59,638 bases of DNA, taken from assembly GCA_008369845.1 (NCBI GenBank), contig MRSU01004800.1:1-59638 (forward strand). The letters run 5' to 3'. The DNA comes from Trichomonas gallinae. Lineage: Eukaryota. Under the pieces are notes generated by a model. That model did not search any database. It was not told the DNA's origin and saw only the letters and a list, made by a program, of their open reading frames with translations. The translations under genes and the position numbers were made by a program. Positions 10,095 to 20,825 of this stretch are shown piece after piece; positions within the stretch are counted from its first letter, which is position 1, and each line of letters starts with the position of its first letter.

Positions 10095-11432
10095 CTATTC
10101 TTTGTCTTCGTTGAGATTTTCGCGTGTTCTGAATTTTTTTATTGTAAAATATTCAAAAATCTTGAATTCGTCGAATCTCGTGTGATCATTTGAAATTTGA
10201 GCTTTCCTTTCGAGTTCATGTATGTATGGTAATGATAAAGGAAGACAACTCAAAAGCCTGAGGATATTTACATAAAATTGCGGCTCCAAGTTGCATTCAA
10301 GCGCGAATTTAAATATAGAACCATCTAATATGAATTTATTTGAGTTGTAGTATGAAATGTAAGCGAATTGCAGTAAATTCATTCCTGATGTAATCTTGAA
10401 ATCTGATACTGTTGTTATTGATGAAATTTTCTTGGTCAATCGTTTTACCTTCAACGAAACTAATAAGTATGCAATCAAATAAACGATAAAAAACGTAACG
10501 AAAGATAAATATGTATATAAACCGAGACGATTTTGAAATCTGTGAAAAATTGATACAAAACCGGAACCTGCAATGAAAAGGAGTGAAATCGCAAATGCGT
10601 AATGTGTTGAAATCTCGAATTTATTAACGTATAATATTTTTCTTGTTTTTTCGAAGTAGATAATCGATATGATAGCGTATAACGCAGAAACCATCGCGAT
10701 GCCGTTGACAGTACTTGTATAATTGCATAATGTAAAGGAAACGAAAGCTAATATGTAAATCTGGTAGTGAGGAGTCCTGTTGGTTATGTAGTACACATTC
10801 ATGTTGGATGCAAGCAGCGAAGTCGAAAAAATCGAGATGCAATAAATTTGATATGAAATTAAAGAAGTTATTAAAATTTGGACAACTGTGAATGTTATGT
10901 ATTTGTAATTGAATCTGTTAAAAGACAAAAATATGGCCCTGCCTGCTAAAATCGTATTTGGAATCACTAAAATCGTTGGTAATTCGAAAGAGTAGAAGTA
11001 TAATATGTAAGATAATTTTGTTTTAAAAGGAATTCTAGCTCGAATTTTATATATAGCATACCAGAACATGAAAATACAGAAAGAAGATATAATTTGGATT
11101 ATTGTTATTGCTTGATAATTATCTGTATCGATTTCTCTTGATGGAAATAACTCTATGACTGTGCGTATAATGATGCAAATGAAATTATCTTGATTCCAAT
11201 AAAAATTTAGAATGATTGGCAAGATGCTGATAGAACAAACCAGTTGTGTGAACGAAAGGAACCTCATTATCGTGGGTATAAAGATCGATTTCAGCGAAAC
11301 TGATCTGAAATATAAAAATAATATGTGTAAAGAGTCCTGGAATGTTCCTGGATCCTCTTCTATCGCATCTATATCCTTGATGTTGGCGTACAATGATTGG
11401 GAATTGATGTGTTTTGATACATCAAATTCCAT
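10095..11432 (-). CDS. N-terminal polytopic membrane part of the same TMAC-like gene, ending at an in-frame TAG
   Basis: 445 aa with about 8-9 hydrophobic segments. The junction reads GAA TAG TAC GCG AAA ATG, so the two ORFs are one frame. Inr-like TCACT on the coding strand at 11455-11459. Confidence 0.75.
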   Translation of the reverse strand: MEFDVSKHINSQSLYANIKDIDAIEEDPGTFQDSLHILFLYFRSVSLKSIFIPTIMRFLSFTQLVCSISILPIILNFYWNQDNFICIIIRTVIELFPSREIDTDNYQAITIIQIISSFCIFMFWYAIYKIRARIPFKTKLSYILYFYSFELPTILVIPNTILAGRAIFLSFNRFNYKYITFTVVQILITSLISYQIYCISIFSTSLLASNMNVYYITNRTPHYQIYILAFVSFTLCNYTSTVNGIAMVSALYAIISIIYFEKTRKILYVNKFEISTHYAFAISLLFIAGSGFVSIFHRFQNRLGLYTYLSFVTFFIVYLIAYLLVSLKVKRLTKKISSITTVSDFKITSGMNLLQFAYISYYNSNKFILDGSIFKFALECNLEPQFYVNILRLLSCLPLSLPYIHELERKAQISNDHTRFDEFKIFEYFTIKKFRTRENLNEDKE

Positions 11433-11612
11433 ATTTTTTTCTATAAAAATTCAAAGTGATATTTTTCAAAGGATTGTCACGTTTTGAAACAATTTTGATA
11501 AAACATTGAAAATATTGAATTGGTGTAAATTCGTTTTTCAGCAAAAGAAATCATTTTTGGTATAGATTGGAAATTTTATATCACTCTGGTTTATGTCACT
11601 TTTACAATAACC

Positions 11613-11875
11613 GTTATTTTTCTATGATATCTTTTTTAGAACAAGTGTAAAAAAATGACTAAGTGTTTATTAACCAGCGACTCACAGGTTTTTCTGTCAA
11701 GCCTAAATTTCATATCATTCTGTTATTTTTCTATGATATCTTTTTTAGAACAAGGTAAAAATATGATTAATTGACCCGTTACTCATAGACTTATTTTCTA
11801 TCATAGATTTCTTATAATTCTGTTATTGTCATTGATATCATTTTAAAATTGGTTCAAAATATGATTAATTGACAG
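11613..11875. repeat. Three degenerate tandem copies of a ~100-110-bp unit
   Basis: GTTATTTTTCTATGATATCTTTTTTAGAACAAG-like text at 11613 and 11722, and a more diverged copy at 11822 that shares AAAATATGATTAATTGAC. Confidence 0.75.
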
Positions 11876-12620
11876 TGATTGAATATTAATTTACAAGCTA
11901 CGCAGAGAATGTCAAACATTTTGAAATCAATTTAATTAAAAGAATATTCCCTTAGATCTTTCATCTTTAGTATCTTTGTGTCTTGCTGAGCAAATTATTG
12001 CAACGTAATGAAAATCGTAATTAACAATCTAATTTTTGAAGATTTCATGGAATGTACGGGATTCGTGTAAAACATTAAAATATCATTTCCTCCGTGTATA
12101 TAATAATTTACATTCCTTTTTTCTTGAAAAATCAAAAAGGGTGATTGTCTCAAATATTATTTTCGTAATTTTTCATTTACAGCTTGCATGGTTTATACAT
12201 TTGCATGAATAATATATAGAAGAGCTTATTTTATAGGTGTTAAATGTTTAATTTAATAATATTACATCAATTCAAGCAAACATTTTACAATATAATATTT
12301 TTAGGTTCTAAGCTTGCTGAAATATAATAATTATGTGAGAGTAATTCAGTATATGTAACATAACAATCCAAAGACAAGTTTTTGAAATTTTTTTGAACTA
12401 CAAATGTTGAAGAAAGTCAAGTAAATCATTGGAAATAGATTTAATATATTTAGTACCCATTAATTCATGTAACCAATGCATTGTTCTTTAAGATGCGAGC
12501 TTGATAATATAAAGAAAAGATTAAAAATCATGATTCTACAACCGTTTGTACATTAATTCATTAATAGTCGAGTTAATTTCGAAAATTAAGCAATAAGGTT
12601 AAATTTGTAATCAAGGATTA

Positions 12621-12646
12621 AAAGTGACAAAATTTATAAAAGTGAC
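12621..12646 (+). promoter_or_regulatory. Tandem AAAGTGAC core-promoter motifs
   Basis: AAAGTGAC at 12621 and 12639, directly before ATG 12651. It matches a motif I recall being enriched upstream of T. vaginalis genes (M2). Confidence 0.55.
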
Positions 12647-12650
12647 AAAA

Positions 12651-13889
12651 ATGCTCTTCGTTTTTTTCTTTGTTTTTTCTCTTTCTCTTAAATTCAGCAC
12701 AAGAATAGAAAGGAAGACGCATGTAATTTACCTTCCAGAATTCGGATTCGACAAAGGTGGAACGTTTAAAGCGCGTTATATGGGAACGAATGTAAATGGA
12801 TCTCTCACGATTTTATTAACTGAGCAGCAATACTACAGAAATAGAACATACTACAAGGAACCAGCAAATTTCTGCACCAATATTACGAAAAGACAAGAGT
12901 TTATTTTTCACATTTCAAAAGAGCAAAGAATGGATACTTGGAACCACGTTTTTCTAGGAAAGGATGTATATTTCCCAGTATTTTACAACTGTTTACTTCG
13001 AGATATCCAATTAGATGTCGAATACAAGAATAATAACACATATTTAGACCGAAGAGATCAATTAATACCTTATATTGCTATGTTGTTATCACTTATTTAT
13101 ACGATTATGACACTCTTATGGATTTTCAATATATTCCAAAACCAAAGGTTCAACATTTCGCTTGTTAACTTTTTCGCTGCAACCACTGCGATCAAAGCCC
13201 TATCAATAGGCGCAGAAGCTTATCTATGGGCTCAAGTAGCAGAGCTTGATTCAGATAATGTTTCATTTTTCCTTAAATTAGGCATAGGAATCTTCGATGT
13301 AATGACTAATTCACTCGTTTTCCTTGTCAATGGATTCGCATCCAACGGATTAAGCACATTGAGGCCGTCGCTGACAATTTCAGAGTTCTTCTATAGATAT
13401 TTCGCCATTTTCTGGTATTTCTTCTGCAGGAAACTCCTCGAAAGCTCTAATGACATATTGTTCACGTTCATGTACACGTTCATATGCACGATGGCAATAG
13501 TTAGCTATGCCATAACTATAGGAAACGGAGCTTTCTTCACCCAGCAAATTAGCGAGCAATACCAAAATGATAACCAAATCGCTCTGAAAACAAAGTTCGC
13601 CTTGAATTTCAATGTGGTATATTCAGAGTTTGTCTTATGCTTCGTGTTCTGTACTGCCTTTTCTGCACTCGCGAGACTGAAAAACGCACTTTTGTTCACA
13701 TGCGAAGAAACAATTATTCTGTTAGTCGCTTTCATGGACTACATGTATTTCTACATACGCGATGACTTCGTTCCGCCTGAACATGTACCTGAACCACCTG
13801 ATAATGATAGAATTGATCCTAAAGGTATTTCTTATGTCGTAGAACCAGGCTTCGAAGGATTTGCATTCGTTACTACACCAACACAGTAG
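12651..13889 (+). CDS. GOST-family (GPR107/TMEM87, lung seven-transmembrane receptor-like) protein
   Basis: Signal peptide, lumenal domain with FGFDKGG and N...YLD before TM1, then about seven TM segments. ATG at 12651. Confidence 0.7.
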   Translation: MLFVFFFVFSLSLKFSTRIERKTHVIYLPEFGFDKGGTFKARYMGTNVNGSLTILLTEQQYYRNRTYYKEPANFCTNITKRQEFIFHISKEQRMDTWNHVFLGKDVYFPVFYNCLLRDIQLDVEYKNNNTYLDRRDQLIPYIAMLLSLIYTIMTLLWIFNIFQNQRFNISLVNFFAATTAIKALSIGAEAYLWAQVAELDSDNVSFFLKLGIGIFDVMTNSLVFLVNGFASNGLSTLRPSLTISEFFYRYFAIFWYFFCRKLLESSNDILFTFMYTFICTMAIVSYAITIGNGAFFTQQISEQYQNDNQIALKTKFALNFNVVYSEFVLCFVFCTAFSALARLKNALLFTCEETIILLVAFMDYMYFYIRDDFVPPEHVPEPPDNDRIDPKGISYVVEPGFEGFAFVTTPTQ

Positions 13890-14254
13890 AATATTTCCTT
13901 ATATTATTATATCTTTAAACTTGTTTTTATTTATAAATTTTTTGTATTAAAAAAACTATTTTATATAACATCAAAAACATATTTACCAAATTAATTAAAG
14001 TAAGCACAATAATCTATTTTTTAAATATTTTACTTTCATTTCCAAAAATAATTTTATCGAATTATTTTTTTAATGACAACTCATGATATTAAGATTTCTA
14101 TTAAGTTCTTTCACTGTATTAGCAAATAATGTATTAATAAATTAGACTTTTGCTAAGGATTCAAAAAGAAAAATTTGTAAATTGTAAAAATGAAGAGTAG
14201 TTGTATGGTAGAATTACTTACACTTTATATGGACAATATAATACTAGTATGAAA

Positions 14255-15079
14255 TTAATCAGATTCGGAATAATCATAAGAATTTGATTGAGCTTTCTTC
14301 TGTTTGTATGTGAATAATGAAACTTGTGGCTTAGGCAGCTGAAGATTTCCGCCTTGTCGTGAATTTTTTCCAATTCCCATCATTGGATTCCATGGTTCAA
14401 CGGATTCTGTTGTTGTTCCTGTAACAGAATATGTTTCATCTATACTTGGTTCTTTTGGCTTTGGTTTTGATGCTTTTTTCTTCTGATTTGATGGAACTAA
14501 AGGCGGCGGAAGCTTTACTGATTCCGGAGACTTTTTAGAAGACTTCTTAGACTTTGGTTTCTCTTCTTTAGGTGATTCTCCTTTAACTGGCTTCAGTGGA
14601 GGAGGAACTGAATAATTCGGAAGCGGAGACTTAACAACTTCATCATTGTCGTCTAAACGTGAATATCTCCTCTGAATCTCGGCAGCCAGCCTATCTCTGT
14701 TCTCGTAAAACGGATCTGTAACATTTTTCATCCATTCTTTAACTAATGACTGTATTGGATGTGAAGATTTGGCAATACTAAGCTCTTTTTCATGTAGTGA
14801 TGAGCTCGATGACTCAAAAATTTCCGAATTTTTAGATTCAATTTTTATTGATTCGATAGTATTTGTATATTTCTTCAAATTCAAAAACTGCATGACTAAA
14901 TCTGCAGCAATTTGATCTGCTTTTGCATTTTTAAACCTTCTGTATGGTTTCATAACTGGTATATCCTGATATTGTGCCTCTTCGTCTATTTTCAGTAGAA
15001 AAAACGAATACAGCTTCATGAAAGCCCCTGTCTTCTTCATAGAATCAAGAACTTTCACATTTAAAGGTTCTTCACTCAT
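14255..15079 (-). CDS. LisH-domain protein, FOP/FOR20/OFD1-like N-terminus, Pro/Lys-rich tail
   Basis: VLDSMKKTGAFMKL followed by ADLVMQFLNLKKYTNTIESIKIES matches the TOF+LisH pattern. ATG at 15079. Confidence 0.6.
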   Translation of the reverse strand: MSEEPLNVKVLDSMKKTGAFMKLYSFFLLKIDEEAQYQDIPVMKPYRRFKNAKADQIAADLVMQFLNLKKYTNTIESIKIESKNSEIFESSSSSLHEKELSIAKSSHPIQSLVKEWMKNVTDPFYENRDRLAAEIQRRYSRLDDNDEVVKSPLPNYSVPPPLKPVKGESPKEEKPKSKKSSKKSPESVKLPPPLVPSNQKKKASKPKPKEPSIDETYSVTGTTTESVEPWNPMMGIGKNSRQGGNLQLPKPQVSLFTYKQKKAQSNSYDYSESD

Positions 15080-15111
15080 GTGCACGTTTAAAAAATATTG
15101 TCAAAAAATAT

Positions 15112-15244
15112 TTTACATGTCAATATGTTTTCGAAATTATATTTTACATGTCAATATTTTAAGAAAATTACAATTTACATGTCAATTTTCAAATTTACGC
15201 GTCAGTATTTTAATTTGCTTTATTGACTATATTTTACATGTCAA
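15112..15244. promoter_or_regulatory. Phased array of TTTACATGTCAA motifs in a bidirectional promoter
   Basis: Exact copies at 15112, 15143, 15174 and 15233, plus variant TTTACGCGTCAG at 15194. Spacers between copies are unrelated to each other. Confidence 0.65.
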
Positions 15245-15340
15245 AATATTATCCAAACGTTTTTAAATGTTTTGGATAGTTTTAGACTGCTATTGTTCTT
15301 GTCATTGTTGTTTCAATTTATCATTTTTTGAAAAAGATTG

Positions 15341-16762
15341 ATGCATGATCCACCAGCATATCTTGCGATTCGTTTTGATAAGGAAGAAGCATTGGCAAAC
15401 ATAATAACAGACGGACTGGATATCAATTCCAAGCTCCAAATAATAAATGGTCCTGATATTATTAAAAATAATCCGACATTAATATCAGTAGCCAGTTATT
15501 TTGGATCAATGAAATGTTTTAAGCATCTGTTAGGTCTCAATGCAGATCTTTCACTCACAGATGATTGCGGAAGACAAGCGGCTCATTTTGCTGCAAGTTC
15601 CCAGTCACTTAATCCGATTGAAATTATAGGCACAATGATAGACATCGACTATATCGTAGACAATGAACATTGGCTGCCCGCCCACTATGCAGCGCACTTC
15701 GGAAGAGTCGAAATATTGCAATGGCTGCTGATCGGTGGCCATGATATTCTTTCCCCTGATAATTTAGGGAGATATCCGATTCATCACGCTTGCATTTGCG
15801 GCTCTGTTGACTGCCTGAAGACATTTCTATCCTTCAATTGCGATGCCAGCCAAACTGATGTGAATAATGCATCAGCTTTGCATTTTGCAGCTCAAAGCGG
15901 AAGCAGTGAATGTTGCAAACTTTTGTTGAATGCAAAAATTCCAATTGACGATACTGATATTGATGGAAACACAGCACTGCATATAGCATCATTAAATGGA
16001 CACGCTGATGTTGTTGATTTGCTTCTCGAAAAAGGTGCGAAAATGAATATTCTCAACAAGCAATGTCAAGCACCTTTCCATATAGCAGCTGAAAATGATT
16101 ATGCAGAAATTGTCAAACTTTTTGTCAAAAACGCGTGTGATGTTGACCTGAAAAACTCAAGAGGGAAGACTTTATTGGATTTGATTGTTGCTCAAAAAGA
16201 CGTGGACTCCTTAAAATTAGCAGTTTATGGTGCAAATAAGAAAGAAACAGTCAACAATGCGGCTTTTATTGCAGCAATGATGGGAGAAGCAGAAATTTTT
16301 GCAATTTTCGTTGATATAGGAATAGATTACAAAGCAAAGACGACACTAGGCATGACTCTTCTTCATGTTGCAGTGTTGTCAGGATCAAACAGTTGTGTTA
16401 TTCTCGCTCTTAATGCTGGATGTCAAGTGAATATAGTTGATGATTTAGGCAGAACTCCATTGATTATTGCTGCTGTTCAATCACCGATAAATATCATTAG
16501 AACACTTGTAGATGAAGGCTCGAAGATAGGCGCAGCTGATAAGTGTGGAATGACTGCATTGCATCATGCAGCAGCTAGATGCGATGTAGAAATTTTGAAT
16601 TATTTGATCCAATACGGAGCAAACGTTAGATCTGTTGATAAATTCGGTAGATCTCCTTTATACTACTGCATGAAGAATAGAGTTTGCTATGAGTTCTTAT
16701 TATCGAAAGGTGCCAGTCCTAATCAAGCTGATGTCAATGGAGAATTGCCAAAACTTTCATAA
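15341..16762 (+). CDS. Ankyrin-repeat protein
   Basis: About 12 repeats of the G.TALH.AA..G...V..LL..GA type. ATG at 15341; Inr TCATT at 15321. Confidence 0.93.
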   Translation: MHDPPAYLAIRFDKEEALANIITDGLDINSKLQIINGPDIIKNNPTLISVASYFGSMKCFKHLLGLNADLSLTDDCGRQAAHFAASSQSLNPIEIIGTMIDIDYIVDNEHWLPAHYAAHFGRVEILQWLLIGGHDILSPDNLGRYPIHHACICGSVDCLKTFLSFNCDASQTDVNNASALHFAAQSGSSECCKLLLNAKIPIDDTDIDGNTALHIASLNGHADVVDLLLEKGAKMNILNKQCQAPFHIAAENDYAEIVKLFVKNACDVDLKNSRGKTLLDLIVAQKDVDSLKLAVYGANKKETVNNAAFIAAMMGEAEIFAIFVDIGIDYKAKTTLGMTLLHVAVLSGSNSCVILALNAGCQVNIVDDLGRTPLIIAAVQSPINIIRTLVDEGSKIGAADKCGMTALHHAAARCDVEILNYLIQYGANVRSVDKFGRSPLYYCMKNRVCYEFLLSKGASPNQADVNGELPKLS

Positions 16763-17107
16763 CATTAATATATCATTTAAGAAATTGTCATTTAACTCTA
16801 TATGTAATATGTTTTGCTGTTTTGTAAATAGATGTTTAGATACCTCAAAGACTTATTAACAATATCATGCAAAGTGAAATTCTAGAATATCATATGCTAA
16901 CCTAGATTTTCTTACTTTTTCATTATCATCATCAAAAACATTTAAACAAAAAAAAAATTTAATGTTAAGTTAATATTGAATGTGTATCTTCATATATCTT
17001 TCATTGAGCTTAAAATTTCTGTTTTTTCTATTTGATTTATTAGAAGATAATTTAATTAACCTCATTATGTTATATATAGTATAGATTTTGTATTTATATG
17101 ACTAAAA

Positions 17108-18236
17108 ATGAAAGCTTCTAAATCATTTATTTATATTGTTGAACTTCAAGTATATCATCAATTTTTTAACATTCAGTAGCAATCGGAGAAATGTTCAAAA
17201 ATACGGATATTTCGTTGTACTCATCTATATTTACTCGTTTGTTTTCCAAATAGTTGCTCACAGAACATTTATCAAACCAAAATACACACAGGAAGTATTT
17301 TATCAAACATTTAGTATTGGTTTCGATAGAATGGAGACAGGATTATACAAAATGGAGACAATGGATACCAAAAATTGTTACTTTTGCAAATTTCAAAAAC
17401 GAAATTTCGGTGCAAACTCATCACCACTCGATGTCATTATGGCATGCTCCATAGGTGAGCCGCGAAACATAGATTTATTCGTCCAATCACTACGAACAAC
17501 AGGCTGCAAAGCGAAATGCATTTTTCTTCTCGACGAAGAAGGCTTTAATTCACTTGATGAACAAACATATAATCAAGTTATAGCTTGTGGAGGCCAAATC
17601 ATCAATGTTGGACATGTAAAAGAAATGTCAATACCAGAGAAACAGAATTATTTATATATCTTCTGCTATGAATTCCTTTTGGCCAACTGTGGTGCCATTA
17701 ATAGATTCATTATAGCCGATATGTATGATAATGCGTTCCAAGGTGATCCATTTAACAGACAAATGGAAGAAAATTTATTAAAGATTGTAGATGAGCGTGT
17801 TACGTTTGATTCTTACCCAGGATACACGAACATGGAATGGTTACAGCAATTTGATAGTAGAATTTCTCCAAAATACTACAAATATTATTATTGTACGGGA
17901 TTTATTGGAGGAAAAGCTAGTCTGATACTCAGATTCCTACATGTTTTCATAGAACATATGAAACTCGGCCGTGTTTACACAGATCAAGGATTATTTAATT
18001 ATCTCTATTTTTCGGGGATTTTACAGCAGCATGGCATAGAATTATCTCCACAGAGGAAAGATGAACTAATAAGACATACTGCTGGGATTTTTCTTGGTTC
18101 TCATTCAAGAATAGGAAAAGTTCGCACATATGATAGATCTAAATATGCGGCAGTTGTCCACCACTATTATTTGAGCGATTCTTTCTTCACATCTTTATTG
18201 AAAGCTTGTATCAATGATACTGATATCGAAAGATGA
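17108..18236 (+). CDS. Type II membrane GT-A-fold glycosyltransferase-like protein with a 1-nt frameshift right after the probable ATG
   Basis: Motifs IIADMYDNAFQGDPF and TDQGLFNYL, with an N-terminal TM anchor. The long frame has no ATG before 17331, but AAAAATG at 17108 joins it if one A is removed (ATG AAG CTT CTA...). Confidence 0.65.
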
Positions 18237-18499
18237 TTTTTATAGCTTTCAAAACTTATAATTTAGCCTATGCTCTTGTCTGTTTTATTATAATAGAAAT
18301 AAATATTGTTTGTATAGTTTTTCAGAAAAATAACAAAATAAAAACAAACAAAGCTTTAAAATAACAAAGATATATTATTCTATGAGACGAAAAATAATAT
18401 AACAGTAAGAATTATTATGCAATAAGTCAAAAATATAATATTTTGCATATAACTAGAAAATAACTCGTAAATTATAAAAATTTTTGTAGTATTGACCGA

Positions 18500-18889
18500 T
18501 TATAGCTCTTGTACATCATTTGAAGATTCAAGTTGATGTGTTAATTCTTTATTTTCTAGTTCAAGTGATTTTATTTCTGATCTAAGTTCTGCTATAGATG
18601 CTGTAAGAAATGCTAAATGTAAATTTGCTGTAATATAATTTTTTTGTAATTCTGAAATCGAATTTGTATCATTACTTATCTTTTTCTGACTAATTTTAGC
18701 TTTCAATTGCGCAATATTGTTTTCTAAATATTCTATTAGTCGTGGATAGGAATGATTCAGCACTGAGTGATGTTCTGATGCATTAACATCATTATTTGCG
18801 CTTCGTGCATATTCCAAATACATGCTTTTCATGTTTGAATCAAAACTCGCATTCAGCAAATTCGCCAATTGATCTTCTATATCCTCCAT
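18500..18889 (-). CDS. Small coiled-coil hypothetical protein
   Basis: 129-aa ATG ORF with a heptad-rich C-terminal half. Confidence 0.7.
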   Translation of the reverse strand: MEDIEDQLANLLNASFDSNMKSMYLEYARSANNDVNASEHHSVLNHSYPRLIEYLENNIAQLKAKISQKKISNDTNSISELQKNYITANLHLAFLTASIAELRSEIKSLELENKELTHQLESSNDVQEL

Positions 18890-19493
18890 TTATTAAAAAT
18901 AGAAAAATTAGGGTCTGGTTTGGTGTAATACCCTAAATAATTTTTCTACCATTTTTGTTTCATACGAAAAATACTGAAAATATTCATTTTTACCAATATC
19001 AATCAAATATATATAACTTTGTTATTTTGTATATCGATTTATTCTTGATAATTTCAATTCTGAGTCGAAAAAATATTAAAATTTAATATTATTAATTATA
19101 TCATCATAAAATCTATATAATATGAAGATTTGTGTCCCAAATATTCTATTTATCAAGTGTCTGCTTTGTATTTACAATCAGAAATTAAAAATTCAAAAAT
19201 AGATGAAAACTACTGATATTATCTTTGCTTAATCATTATAATTTAATGCTTTGTGAATAAAATAATATAAATATCAATCATTTGCTCGGTTTTATTAATA
19301 ACATACAACAAAATCTTAATGATGAATAATTTTGTCATGTAGATTAATAAAATCTGCCATATGTCAAAAATATTAAAATTCTTTATGATTTGAAATTTAG
19401 ATAGTATATTTTAGGAATATCTTATTTATCACGTTTTTGCAATTTGTCACGCCCCAAGCAATTTTTAGACACAATCTAAAATCACCTAAAATC

Positions 19494-20825
19494 ATGCAGA
19501 CTATTCCTAATGATCCTAAGGAGTTCGACGAACTTCCGATTAGCAATGGTCTGAAGAAGGCCCTTAAAGACAGTAAATTCACTAAAATGAAGCAGATTCA
19601 GTCAATGGCGATACCACATCTTTTAGCAGGACGAAATGTGTTGGGTGCATCACCAACAGGTTCCGGTAAAACCCTTGCTTTCTTGATTCCTGCCATAGAA
19701 CTACTCACTTTCACACGCGCAAGGCCAGCAAACGGCACATTAGTTATCATCTTGTCTCCTTCAAGAGAACTTGCACTTCAAACATTCAGCATTGCAAATA
19801 CACTCATGAAACAACTCTCTCAGACAGTTGGTTGCACTGTTGGTGGATCATCATCTTATAAGCAAGAAGCTTATCAGCTTACAAAGAAAGGATACAACAT
19901 GTTAATTGCTACACCAGGTCGTCTTAGACAGCACCTTGAAGCAGGAAACATCAAACTCGATAATTTCCAAATGTTGATTATTGATGAAGCAGATCGTATG
20001 TTAGAAAACGGATTTGCACAAGATTTATTCCAGATTTTCAAGAATATCAAGACTCCAGCACAAACAGCACTGTTTTCCGCTACATTAACAAAAGATGTCG
20101 AAGGTTTGATGCGTGTTAACATTTCTTCTGCTCCAGTCTTCTGCTGCCCAACAGAGTCCAACGTAGTTTCAACACTCGAGCACTGCTACGCAATTGTCCC
20201 TCTAAAAATGAGAATTGCAACACTTGTTACTTTATTAATCAAGCTAAAAGGCAAGAGAATTGTCGTATTCGTCAACAGCCGCAAGGAAGCTGAGTTCCTC
20301 GGCCGTATTTTCAACGCCATGGATATCGACAACGACTGTATACATGGAGATCTCCCGCAGGAGGAAAGATCGCTCGCGTTCGTCAGGTTCAACAGAAACG
20401 AGAGGTCAGTGCTCATTGCGACTAACGTTGTCTCTCGTGGTATCGATTTCACAGGTGTTGACTGGTCCGTTTCGCTCGGCCCGCCGGATAGAGTCAAGGA
20501 TTATATCCACAGAGCAGGCAGAACCGCGAGAAATGAGAATTTCGGTAGATCTTTGATCCTTCTCTGCGAGAACGAGAAGCCTTTCGTTGATTCTGTGAGA
20601 AAGGCGAAAATCCCAATAAAGAAGATAAACTTGAAGCTCGAGGGCATCGAGGACGAGTTCGAGCACATCAAGATGACAATACCAGAGTCTAAGGCCTTCA
20701 AAGAGCTCGCGGAAGAAGCGGTTGAAGCATTCGAGAGTTCTTACGCCGCCAGGCCAGCCGAAGAGGGAATTAATATCAAGGATATAGATATGGACGACCT
20801 CAGGGCTTCATTCGGTTTGGAATGA
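19494..20825 (+). CDS. HAS1: DEAD-box RNA helicase, Has1/DDX18-like
   Basis: Q motif, SPTGSGKT, PSRELA, TPGRL, DEAD, SAT, SRGID and YIHRAGRTAR. NGT.VIILSP and GRTAR favour the Has1/Dbp4 group. ATG at 19494. Confidence 0.85.
   Translation: MQTIPNDPKEFDELPISNGLKKALKDSKFTKMKQIQSMAIPHLLAGRNVLGASPTGSGKTLAFLIPAIELLTFTRARPANGTLVIILSPSRELALQTFSIANTLMKQLSQTVGCTVGGSSSYKQEAYQLTKKGYNMLIATPGRLRQHLEAGNIKLDNFQMLIIDEADRMLENGFAQDLFQIFKNIKTPAQTALFSATLTKDVEGLMRVNISSAPVFCCPTESNVVSTLEHCYAIVPLKMRIATLVTLLIKLKGKRIVVFVNSRKEAEFLGRIFNAMDIDNDCIHGDLPQEERSLAFVRFNRNERSVLIATNVVSRGIDFTGVDWSVSLGPPDRVKDYIHRAGRTARNENFGRSLILLCENEKPFVDSVRKAKIPIKKINLKLEGIEDEFEHIKMTIPESKAFKELAEEAVEAFESSYAARPAEEGINIKDIDMDDLRASFGLE

Noticed and set aside
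15112..15244. Regularly spaced repeats with unique spacers resembling a CRISPR array
   Set aside because: The repeats are only 12 bp with ~19-bp spacers, the context is eukaryotic, there are no cas genes, and the same motif occurs singly at many promoters.
17150..17176. Intron-like GTATAT...TTTAACATTCAG (27 nt)
   Set aside because: The length is a multiple of three, so splicing would not repair the frameshift, and the branch motif is imperfect.
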